A stretch of 64,000 nt of DNA from Candidatus Aceula meridiana (lineage in GTDB: Bacteria > Omnitrophota > Gorgyraeia > Zapsychrales > Aceulaceae): NCBI GenBank assembly GCA_030765185.1, contig JAVCDE010000026.1:17276-81275 (forward strand), read 5' to 3'. The notes beneath the pieces were generated by a model. That model made no database searches and had not been told where the DNA came from. It saw only the letters and a program-made list of their open reading frames with translations. The translations under genes were made by a program, and so were the position numbers. Positions 24,001-25,017 of the stretch are shown here, piece by piece. Position 1 is the first letter of the stretch. Each line of letters begins with the position of its first letter.

Positions 24001-24531
24001 AGAAATTGTTCTTATGCGGCCGCACTTTATCATGCTAGAGAGGCTGTTGATTTGGACTGTTGTAATGAACGGGCTTCTTTGGTTTTGGGAAATATTTATT
24101 TTAACCAAGGAGAATATGATGAGGCGATTCGTTATTTTCGTAAAACTCTTTATATCCAAGATAGCAGGGAAGGCTATTTTAATTTGGGAGCAGCTTATCA
24201 AAAAACAGGTCGCCTTAAACTAGCTAAAACTTTTTTTGGCAAAGCGATACGTGAGGATCCACTTTTTTCATTGGCGTATGCTTACCGCGGCCATATTTTT
24301 TATCAACTTGGAAAATATAAAAAGGCACAAAAGTTTTATCGCCGAGCCCTTAAGATAGAGCCTCAAAGCGTTGATGCTGCTTATGGGCGGATACTATGCC
24401 TGATGAAATCTAATCAGATTGAGCAGGCAAGACAAGAATTCCTTAAAATGCTTGAGCTTCGCTCTCTTAAAGAGTCTGTAGATGAGGAGCAGATAATCAA
24501 GCTTGCTAAAGAGCTTGGTGTAGAGATTTAA
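1..24531 (+). CDS. giant multidomain membrane-associated protein; 5' end lies upstream of the window (>=8,176 codons in window)
   Basis: Frame 1 is open from nt 1. I translated nt 1-300 by hand and found no stop; the ORF track starts at a TTG at 292 only by convention. There is no TAA/TAG/TGA for ~24.5 kb of AT-rich DNA, which is essentially impossible without selection. The stop TAA is at 24529-24531. Multiple recognisable domains are listed as separate features below. Confidence 0.85.
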   Translation, partial: VEKQLTLLDQLEAIRRHISRTLGEEVALNQIFSQVVIPDLSAKARESLRNDPEGSRVEIKSKALAEKLRKALEKGEAQVSKYLEGAQPEVTAEHIQILESQGIEVLKVPEDKITGIDKRKPLYDNDYLATLLLNVGKITVKNTASSGSLIKKSTTLLTTKELKRIDRKYKEILAVYNEKGEFHGNKKRGEIYSEAGNFVKIADVIAFGSNGFVLQRRSKPQSPATLSVHGGHVELGDCPVEAAVREVEEEIGIAIDPSRLIQVGEGDLMFKMLENDAVENPHIDEQGRYISNSGVKGRIVNRFMAVYVLFMTREEIEKAKQYVASRKAKNLSDVDVRNEVSEIVEKNIEELIEDVAISPAEYATGIRYYLTWQRSLSLIQKIIKGTETARLIKKDINCDIARQAGEAEEASSNILCICNSNFNRSPAIELVFDYLIKTAGMIDKLLVDSGAVEQESKFGWGGVNETLADAFRAQFNVEPKRILSEPLSLEQIREAHIIVIATNKIRQKVQGRFAGELGKKKIFVMEELEQQMDIVEFRNSPNDDASILFKYCQIIDAMIWPLIIQSQQKPGVLSNEDLAIKVKRDRLLLYLKKTPLKEELAVSELSKRFDIHENVIRAMIRENFKYPESSDSYLDVLTEGGKSTDKVKLFTAIHRDGDWHLGIQVILITSEGEFVLFKRPSGKFGFIGGHVDVGEESKVAGIRETIEETSLTVVDQKRIIRVGRFKKEGILGIAGIKLNDFSEFPTVNISLKGTEKNVDLEDIYVYMLNRKEYRQLQKMADEQDALKVSEGELSGLTTESFEEISDGLQHRAERYSIGSQMVFKVASIKKGLKDIAGALVQKEIINKDRKSNEDFSSSINNLEKNSVGYTRLMQKFWSLFTNSIKDGISKEDLAFFKTRRNLETGKLINIYCASYSFWIDAKTEIGIKLSDFQKKMMKVLPADLQNKIVLFKNFHITIAVPLRDIDSPYSEETINFIANDLDGIASEVKSTEFDIVGLNAFPGGILFAQAYPVYDNNGEFELDKFEEAVNQRSPHALHYESNVFHITLGFLKDKLTPKQSAEFVDSLAKLRTSPIGKLRVTEMQLDYYNNLLIPEKILKKYSLSSSGIRENSKNFKPFEKITEDAVTIDVLYQRPGQNFQQVPQVKIPSYKDTKNGKLSSATEALGREGYSRDEEFLTQKSKNAESTEERSRQEPLSSSRGNSPVESAPNMPISTPVKINAPITPILLMPSVVSSAAFLLSRNAKNGKADMPIGILGNGLAEWFAENNNSAPNVIRNKNIDKNEPLSVAFSSRGGILSRFKKTAALLFIRAALLSIEKLAQKPLSVAFSSRGGILSSFKKTTAFLFIRATLLFIEKLAQKPLSRQLSSRGGNELEAAASSIVQKTIIVASIILSLIFLTPTATPAQAQTESYSIENVDYLTEADEQKLSVAISEIGYPQDFQEFYAAGFEQVLADIDAYELGRRWQESDIDGYKDIMKDFRKRMRKNDYFQRTYPLSNKPRNPFVQKWANALRLEEGHIFDVVKATELGRVDQTEQFKDYRLHRWQNHVLYFMLKVWGIDFDVVATEKYYVYLIERDRTKDTLAPELTHLYLDGYEGVLGAVNLEDEVYTLKGQQWISDITVSKKTFCENTAMLATPPLRGFFFTPYYFHYGQNESDFLKADMYFGYAFAYLNAEKYSKGIEYLTRGLRLNPFVKDRWIELARIYRYLAWLKTRGKYQTQESSESLYKKAAAAYNEAIELDPYDLTKVFELAEDVYLEIGEIEKAEECFAKAIMLDMRVKYRMERLVKKAEKDQKKKDQKVNNKASSNNETKLNLLQAFINSEDVSKFLPLKLRNIEQRSNSGIISSACESLSLAISKEKNKSSSNSILKTDVIINLNTSSWGDLPDRLTSSVAGGGRFTPAWRVSSSAASSAQNARKFNKELEIFWDIYQALIRAALKTNNHILTRQEIRGFINHYILVIDKDRDLASEFLKILDIMDFRPPQLWDAYPPACPKVEKRFYESLIIRNPAPFVEKGKLDFSAVLDLPEGRKISQDEYHFLSKLRGERNSLLVDPIFIVARIERQWALYNLQGMICKEVFKENQKTGTFKILRNSRFLNVFDTCYFKNQNSHLNFEALPNLFSSGQEVHQEIFLSMRKHHQKELSFTELLSNYFLKPFILSQIYLFRNIFDIPIKPKKKMEKALKEIKASSNAKNNKIFSPKDIIQAIKETEEVLREISRFKAVRISEPRAFGLLGAKLKSAGLQTALTLQILTTYREDIENSKRTPTQSFFKRIQSLKFRAQHELQWREGKIDDAFESLLSALALAVEVETQEVVDEMFQELLNKIIVEGKGQSEELMRRRTQIFYDAIIAGEDKDFNEKVLLRALTDLRKIIYTAAISQSQSAINRVIRFGLVLFIAQKEINLFEKSVVDSNNIEIQKDVAGAYENSARALIELDADIKDLQKAEQYIQKAVKLQPEEDAYKCYLNNVYLKQTIHYINEGELIKAEKAFEKAVADDLIDALERQDLETIGIDLYLGVIYLLQGKSIAEIDGTFAEAFEATDVSILLSYSERLESREKFLTYLSEAIQRDLSVEAKTAMAEFLKKTSYSIGGAIMAFRKKIKNLFAKGKYEEAKEHLTVYFSLVSQDAALKDLGIKIDKIITILARAKISEGSENVSKVLAEYEKVLAINPADENLVEKIAQIKKKEIERIAQIKEQEEKDQREAKKINTIGMHLRNAGNQIAAKKFDRAQKNLEKAREVIDSLEEPQESLSLLWKKISDDLTRNRKAPKTVEKEVVGETGKRKKPSLIVAPSNEETKTNKEETTHQKINVYAIGAVRTLLKGKEEQEQKRIWQAVYFERDLKPVEGASFSLYTVRFGSVRILIIPREVNKKRKSWIIAAVVNRAILNNTAKYGKIISNIGKRWDVYQKDARLIKPKKDWGSSSASIVQDKIIWIATYQQMASSLGSAQIKDQVQDIDFSSNFLNADCLLCQSLDKQGAVFFAVCDKRIIGYVILKETGFIPRIAVHEDFHRQHVGAQLFESCKKRALEQGIRSLFLDFYNLNNACGKRRKAFFESLGMSISSLSKKQYLFRAKYELKISSGARLINPKKAWVSSAAKARSLPLGRKSSSSIYLINLLGVSHDTLANTENFWNKIVTLLKEDGVAPEKISILNNLYEHIKGFYQADDIISHGYHCLLHSLEVAVDGYIAGKNKGYTKEERLELLVSGILHDLDPRNGVFRIPRVVNTVAFLESDKIIQGYIEDLELSFEKVIINILRTHYPWKEGAPLKFIQRLNKSIKGDEKRSRQKEIAETLALIDKVAVYARLNPLVAEYRVRQLAKETKCNADELVKNTLLFLEKEMKDFDAMLGNFLPSEFTKNFGKTKAHFEKRREELSSSTIRPSKSFSVPKANFKRVVKKAQTVSSTIKVKVDEQVSKRAETLHLEKTLHEAIKHIEDSTGTIIQLGWKHLNLGLSKKIIKMVSMRQLLYNQYNFLHFVLPDDSICLIEMVNVHADWWDHQWRKSLKCSIERALKPFIEDQKGKDQKGKERPVDILEEFVKQNLENMSLVNLKNSRRPFVVVNFPVDSIVSLKKLLAKDGVRFQDAEDDDQFDVCSKERPHCRVGIDRGKKTVIFSPSFFKGKSAPFDVWFTTNLINEFLEKKKAVEKKEKSFPGKGKASSTAFRAEKTESKDRINLEDVVLKDYLKNHSKTELKKVLQEINYEAYMDWELLITDWIEEEDAAVDYGEGSIVFARKNGKEVGYFLRRGNKFSFMAVRENERGNRIGPDMFIYALNKAKADGFSIVTFDVEYTNEEQLRSLDRLKKEKKISFQKQYFSRVFIYTARLVSSSAKSKKGKVSSIKACASSLILTEQDLRLSRQHGLGIRYVSPVGGEIVEENKRVVNILNREYPNYLDEKINFIVLTEQRAKKFSLDSKEIRVAFSGHPSHGRQLFYPLRNKIDDIYLYLGAKGCGDLVSKCLTHSISRYRNNGLAYLDDFQNAQVFTDILRMKGARVPLHVAACKLDYILDQDGNVIEISDDMRASTADHQVGFQRKPSLHFILYDYYDRLGYLTYAVKKDPGLLKIRKQLGNLSQEQYFLHIIKELAYTEAKKVELGVTKVSFHENDITLSGMEVDWDEASYVKDIAFGDPYSRLTKNMEEKKFYRKYGFLLFDYRRKLEILQRFQISLTEHALFKISNINVQQEFYRTFLDSLSLDMRRRVIAATSSNIKIKTATSDDIPFILSQFRKRIKSWSQVKMNYKKDNSKNFFSSPLALSNIRSVFYSVKEIFGEKMPCKEQNRPMLPFDSKSLPILFSVSPIVLVPLILVSGVSVAVMAKSALSIAIIFGILGFIVLLREWFAQMRAAPNSKEILYVMVLNEPLMHKSPSRGGEISSAAHLFARAFSAASSAVSAPRASSTAKLKKKKNTFDYHCFFDVLGMPKYFQENPESYNIINYMNYTIQALRTPENFKGKVARILSLLNRTSEESLGYLESVAKDIYAPLANRVGFLEIAEQIKDSIFKARFPDLWLKSERQILQALGGISREEANRYLLEVSNKIKSRLKELGVEVEAVYLRVKGASSGYEKVKNKRGDKTSYNKIARLQDLFGLHIILKNNDDYWKVAGLLLGWDSTMAPYQDLGGELDVQQTEEKRRFKGDKYDAYHFGIKIPVSPKAKEKRKFVMMEIKLFDPDKYLYFRYSQEIAAWIYELTRRYPNQEFLSGGLTLMSSDPEKNFKNLYFYFKNWIYFFFVQDNNLDDCCILKPAGLKKGVIMADVLGLLGVDEFLALTQSEPVLREGMNQKDHALLSGFSFGQMIRKNQDPDVKKFNKTVIQELRVGDFLQVDPMRRAEFTDQEKKKISEKARHLRTLLRLQLKPGDFYNMSFPSNERQKKATLGIIKLTKAGEDRVVYKFLFRDEIAQAVGFNDGIYMCAVFGLCEVSITTEVAKQAIEGKPWLMSRVVTIKAKGGQAKKTFVELTLSLDYDYSELMKAVVSVVAQVGAEIFDSQYFGKKVKMTISILEENILKLKDLLGKIKALDKEAKIMDENFLKKEIHILANLNKDYQSFSVTLNSILSVFETLKIYVYENVSSWQPKDERLTPKKETPFLVPLRRLRKLDDKVVLYEFVIGIPATSEEKILIEKLQQVTNGGVVEIVEASSAISSLAFFDFIPQDEDAETKNARPIIIMEDDDKETTRVMLNIWFFDRENFDAMMETFKGTMKAKKSGVINISLDQELSRLHKMQRNIQRLERIKKTMDPNAGSLEFFDSTVGLGQIRINRLRGGASYEITIRKDDKLGYVLVCKEQEGAEEVIIVGLKSTLSPGMTTLPLLGRGKTFGEAAKNAHSVLTADQELDREMYDVMMHIWFKARKRFGRMLKIFKVKIRTNGAGEITLSIGGHRIAIGKLKKNTFYTVTLRRDAHFGYILVLRTKTGETAIVKLNVSLTKNTYLSSLGRGKTLGKAMERVQQKYPKSAHSLSKGKLRKVEIRDLVKFVQAGFEPGEELSCAYEYERVLSCGFLMDTYRVKEGKLASRLKETIVAEAPPGIQKALDAFEAVYGKEVSSVPFTHEGQDYIFINSLCDLSFTQLCEAIIYDTCTLAGMYHSGASLKSQNLMYGHKNEDEKNRVYLKAMYSVLTNYQEKADVIVDDFYVEAETDSLGIIEVFTQGTTLQICAPKRDTVYEITLRDDKRLGYVLILKAKDGAQEFVIVGMRRNLNKISTTFPILGQEPTLEEALENADLTIIEEQEERGEIRTMLNTWFFFDREKFDAMMETFKGTIKAKRSGCIDINVDRKLSMLSKAMWNAWRLNGIREKIDSAAQRIEFLDSTIRLGNIRINGLKGGASYEITIRKDRRLGYVLVFTEQDEAPEVIVIGMKEVISTKKTTLPILGRGKSFDDAIATAQPVLTAGQELDWEMYEVMLNIWFKARKRFGRMLKIFKVKIRTNGAGEITSSIGGHQIAIGKLGKNTFYTVTLRQDAHLGYILVLKSERGETVIAKLNESLTENTSLSLGGRGKSYSEALDNALAKGIIEGVVKTIMNEGRIKQHLKAYGEKGSLSQKDYLELIQEVKGMNFSAILLLNSIFLGNLSDEVQERVIIRKLFRYRAEKHGLFEAYMRNAIAISESFYKKTMQRFSEDIPEDRNKFLIVEEDLGSFVFDWLQIAKRLRGISEEERALLIKSIQSIDAEFFDVEEFLSNGVDKRTLILFGEALQEEGSEDYPLVTSSAVTGRKNISSSAKSKEEKASSTAEGLPNLTKGQFRKFAQRFIRSQPWDTRSKYKSSLFEYGDLSDFENLVETDYLKHPAETNLSGKYFCFEDYKIFSLGQSQIGFLRNATNFLIFMPEFTGCKCLSLHCLDKKPSIYATHLGSTFDWKRFFEYFVNLSTDQKENMKCWSLFWEHPFSEKSMEYLIRINKELPQQIFDIKKKYKHSSLFFSRQFSFLIHFDYIAMLSNRRVEKVLALPSQRSFRPDLLQNFFSLIQQRYPLIPSRREVVDGIKGIAPTVFQKQVISSAVTSSAVATMVADVSAAIAPIASMWAPIIVFSSIGGLLRFAIAKHIDKYFKGIFPYGTLGVNLLGSLMMGFIVGGVEVIGDIPAWLIGGFLGAFTTFSTFIFDIETLRKSGKYRSLAGYTLLSILGGYFVFIFGYFAGSFGLNTNMKIIFVSLIIIPLFAFLAFKNSENKIPSLRKIPSFVSGRETLYLSIGVTLGVVSRMLFPGQTLFVNILGSFLIGAADFGLGDASKKRKLLLITGFCGTLTTFSGFILKTHGYLAAITPFEAAAYILASVGLGYLFLKIGEKFSAFLLGNKKDTGYKGQNRKKKEEVSSATQPHGALGEHSSKPWRRMDKNLTAKESSSSTQPKTSKNVAETKKEYKFFSRFKNGKVIEIEDYYGAPAEEAQAIDLRKAVEDANLSYANADDPDDLSTDDYFKDINLQAAEDIQWLIFGGAFNGCLKDVMERILHCDEVFSDESTLRITLPLFAIKKLYSLQVSKYTYDVRNYLNPERIPERIAEYSKEGLGVLTTGQEDVISPGYHYFMLPYNSNYKIIIRKDGKVLRTIKEDGAPIVILDFFTSLDSMRTHAFRPVASSSSASKTILPANKGGLELLRKMILDVLNEKGQVRLAIDGGVAVGKKFLVAAILEGKLGLTRDEICIALFNKYAFKRLKDGRDLSSKKLLIFPGHFSSRLSDVDIKVHLVTDGTTQRSDIVLRGQDLSDYPELMNFHSLVLNELEKKEFDLTIDNSQRYRMPFKQMVELFSEPRTNGALGEYPSKSCRRADKNLITKGSASSAQPKTPKNVVVTKREKDDLRDMKLFKRFYDGDDDALGEFFEIRRPYFMGFLIKCKPGAISRDDAEDIYHDVFIKVFDRERTPFKGEDKPRIWIRTILRNALFDRMKQKKSKRTVPLDLKTLENFLTLSGVFTPEDWKSREKMRLLIQRRISQLPATYKNYFLAHHYDGFKYREIAKKEGVAEGTAKSTVHKALFYMIKVLAPDIREDPKLLEYCREHLKDSLKKVLGAVVVAVLSGGLLAYGMCNNAGMTEGVVCAFILPFFTYASYSKLLKTIHALFEDIKRCISSFFVSLTKAATFILHISISGIRLVSGGLNFGTHFASGVLRPLAQKYISLRKKFRSKDKQANQSGWGTIAAKASYLKKPYQNKSLGKRDDAPNSSYWKNGRRYVKERGSWFFSFSPVLFFFKGEIYALLQALEIPWQEIGMTGLVVLGVVVIKFFAAEKGVRIDTKENNKNKNSLDITPLSKRRNFLKTATNVFSILLVIGLVFLIPLDAVYAQGVADPVEKTFDQEKEIFYKNLKQSALPFIQPFVATQEDANRFANDFIYEVAGWKRSDGEPILYVWSQRLKNARRGGHNKEVALDEVIALELEAIKEIRTIIHNRFSLHDNSQDAFLIHEILSTNQACSLGRAQILFIALNALEIQTLGVTMEDLEANSQGERGTSIVVSARLADSRQVLINVTLDSPNFLSAACALSEIFIAHDCAVEFNPQYAGSQFYRNIHILGMRGLISAAHTDLAVKYNRNCSYAAALYHAREAVDLDCCNERASLVLGNIYFNQGEYDEAIRYFRKTLYIQDSREGYFNLGAAYQKTGRLKLAKTFFGKAIREDPLFSLAYAYRGHIFYQLGKYKKAQKFYRRALKIEPQSVDAAYGRILCLMKSNQIEQARQEFLKMLELRSLKESVDEEQIIKLAKELGVEI
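590..975 (+). other. domain within giant ORF: Nudix hydrolase fold (Nudix box 1)
   Basis: GGHVELGDCPVEAAVREVEEEIGI at nt ~688-755 matches the Nudix box G-x5-E-x7-REUxEExGU (compare MutT GGKIEMGETPEQAVVRELQEEVGI), with D substituted for the first E. Domain boundaries are approximate. Confidence 0.65.
1234..1640 (+). other. domain within giant ORF: low-molecular-weight phosphotyrosine phosphatase / ArsC-like fold (C-X5-R P-loop)
   Basis: ILCICNSNFNRSPAIELVF...SGAV...EPLSLEQIREAHIIVIAT aligns with the LMW-PTP N-terminus (e.g. YwlE IIFVCTGNTCRSPMAEALF...SAGV...SPLTEELMESADLVLAMT). The C-N-S-N-F-N-R-S-P stretch matches the C-x5-R(S/T) P-loop with the conserved Asn. Confidence 0.5.
1970..2330 (+). 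other. domain within giant ORF: second Nudix hydrolase fold (Nudix box 2)
   Basis: GGHVDVGEESKVAGIRETIEETSL at nt ~2062-2130. The G-x5-E-x7-R-E-U-x-E-E motif is present; the terminal G is replaced by S. Confidence 0.55.
2780..3250 (+). other. domain within giant ORF: possible 2H phosphoesterase (LigT / cyclic nucleotide phosphodiesterase-like) fold
   Basis: Two H-x-T-x motifs, FHITIAVPL (nt ~2861) and FHITLGFL (nt ~3131), lie ~90 aa apart. This is the hallmark arrangement of the 2H phosphoesterase superfamily. The assignment rests on this motif pair only. Confidence 0.35.
3849..4125 (+). repeat. in-frame tandem repeat (~120-nt / 40-aa unit, 2.3 copies) inside giant ORF
   Basis: EPLSVAFSSRGGILSRFKKTAALLFIRAALLSIEKLAQK / PLSVAFSSRGGILSSFKKTTAFLFIRATLLFIEKLAQK / PLSRQLSSRGGNE. 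A 44-nt block (ccgttgtcagttgctttttcctcccgtggcgggatattaagcag) is identical in copies 1 and 2. The SRGG motif recurs at nt ~13089. Confidence 0.8.
4948..5330 (+). other. domain within giant ORF: TPR-like helical repeats
   Basis: AYLNAEKYSKGIEYLTRGLRLNP...AYNEAIELDP...AEECFAKAIMLD shows the TPR-like 34-aa periodicity (W/LG/Y...A...F...A...P). Confidence 0.45.
8830..9190 (+). other. domain within giant ORF: GNAT-like N-acetyltransferase fold (tentative)
   Basis: RIIGYVILKETGFIPRIAVHEDFHRQHVGAQLFESCKKRALEQGIRSLFLD...KRRKAFFESLG resembles GNAT motif A/B (V.E.R..G.G..L...A...G...L.L...N..A...YEK.GF). The match is imperfect. Confidence 0.4.
9480..9930 (+). other. domain within giant ORF: HD-domain phosphohydrolase-like
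   Basis: HGYHCLLHSLEVAV...(~25 aa)...GILHDLDPRNG gives the H...H...HD...D metal-binding pattern of the HD superfamily. Confidence 0.45.
11110..11375 (+). other. domain within giant ORF: second GNAT-like segment (weak)
   Basis: GYFLRRGNKFSFMAVRENERGNRIGPDMFIYALNKAKADGFSIVTFDV resembles the GNAT core (V.E..RG.GIG..L...A...G). The motif is degenerate. Confidence 0.3.
13222..14000 (+). other. domain within giant ORF: RelA/SpoT-homolog (p)ppGpp-synthetase-like nucleotidyltransferase domain
   Basis: YAPLANRVGFLEIAEQIKDSIFKARFPDLW aligns with RelA LAHRLGIHHIKTELEELGFEALYP. VYLRVKGASSGYEKVKNKRGDKTSYNKIARLQDLFGLHIIL aligns with GRPKHIYSIWRKMQKK...DVRAVRIV. DDYWKVAGLLLGW aligns with DCYAALGIVHTHY. 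YDAYHFGIKIP...FVMMEIKLFD aligns with YQSIHTVV...VEVQIRT. A possible ACT-like segment follows at ~14830-15060 (FVELTLSLDYDYSELMKAVVSVVAQVGAEIF...MTISILE). Confidence 0.6.
15506..18010 (+). repeat. in-frame tandem duplication (~1.67-kb unit, 2 copies) containing five copies of a ~95-aa module of unknown function
   Basis: RVMLNIWFFDRENFDAMMETFKGT (nt 15511) and RTMLNTWFFFDREKFDAMMETFKGT (nt 17176). An 84-nt block encoding WFKARKRFGRMLKIFKVKIRTNGAGEIT is 100% identical at 16018-16101 and 17689-17772. The module consensus is x-Y-E-I-T-[IL]-R-x-D-x-x-LGY[IV]L[IV]...LP[IL]LG[RQ]GK[ST]...EA...A, with copies at ~15770, 16140, 16950, 17440 and 17810. Confidence 0.8.
19519..20300 (+). other. domain within giant ORF: fused tandem pair of CrcB/Fluc fluoride-channel domains (integral membrane)
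   Basis: Copy 1 is SIGGLLRFAI...FPYGTLGVNLLGSLMMG...LIGGFLGAFTTFSTFIFD, compared with E. coli CrcB GGGTGSVARW...IPLGTLAANLIGAFIIG...ITTGFCGGLTTFSTFSAE. Copy 2 is FPGQTLFVNILGSFLIG...ITGFCGTLTTFSGF. Both carry the GTLxVN and TTFS(T/G)F signatures. Confidence 0.8.
21850..22390 (+). other. domain within giant ORF: ECF-type sigma-70 factor (regions 2 and 4)
   Basis: Region 2 is DDALGEFFEIRRPYFMGFLIKCKPG...AEDIYHDVFIKVFD...WIRTILRNALFDRMKQ, matching ECF AEDLVQETFLKAW...WLyrIarN. Region 4 is LPATYKNYFLAHHYDGFKYREIAKKEGVAEGTAKSTVHKALFYMIKVL, matching LP...R.VF.L...EGLSY.EIA..LG.S.GTVKSRL.RAR..L. A predicted TM helix follows at ~22440-22560. Confidence 0.75.
24005..24465 (+). other. domain within giant ORF: C-terminal TPR repeats
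   Basis: ASLVLGNIYFNQGEYDEAIRYFRKTL...GYFNLGAAYQKTGRLKLAKTFFGKAIREDP...LAYAYRGHIFYQLGKYKKAQKFYRRALKIEP are canonical 34-aa TPR units (LG..Y...G.Y.EA...F..AL...P). Confidence 0.7.
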
Positions 24532-24860
24532 AAGAGAGCGCACCAACCCTTAGTTAACCCTTTCGGCTTAAGATAACAAAAAAAACGCCAATAACTCGTG
24601 CCCACACCAGCAATGGCTAGTTTGGATTTCTAAGTTATGTCGCAGGTTTCATAGCTTAAACTTTCATTAAAAGGTAGCGCTTTCCCGAAAGCACCCTTAT
24701 CCCCTTACATTCCCCCTATATATGTTCTATACTTATTGTAGATTCTTTTAATTGTAGGATGGTTCTTTGACGATCAGAAAAAGGCAAACTACCCGTAAGG
24801 GTAGGGCGCAAAGTTATAGGGTCCTTTATAGGATAGCCAACTATCAGAAAAATATACACC

Positions 24861-24900
24861 AAACCTATTTCTTTTCGCTGAAATAGGTTTTTTTGTTTTT
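24861..24900 (+). terminator. rho-independent terminator-like hairpin followed by a T-run
   Basis: aaacctattt (24861-70) is perfectly complementary to aaataggttt (24881-90), with a 10-nt loop, followed by ttttgttttt. The stem is AT-rich. It sits 330 nt downstream of the giant-ORF stop and ~118 nt upstream of the next start. Confidence 0.4.
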
Positions 24901-25017
24901 AGGCTAAAGGCCTAAAAGCATCCTTGAGCGTAAGCGAAAGGATCTCCTTTTGGAGCAGCTCTTTCCTTAATAGCATCTGATCGTACAGAAACCAAAATTT
25001 TTAGGAGAAATGCAAAG

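Noticed and set aside
24532-24900. tmRNA, RNase P RNA, SRP RNA or 6S RNA in the spacer after the giant gene
   Set aside because: No tmRNA tag-peptide/ANDENYALAA-like frame with a CCA end, no RNase P GGAAAGUCCGG / ACAGAAA motifs and no SRP GGAAGCAGCCA-like domain IV motif were found by eye. Left as an unassigned structured spacer.
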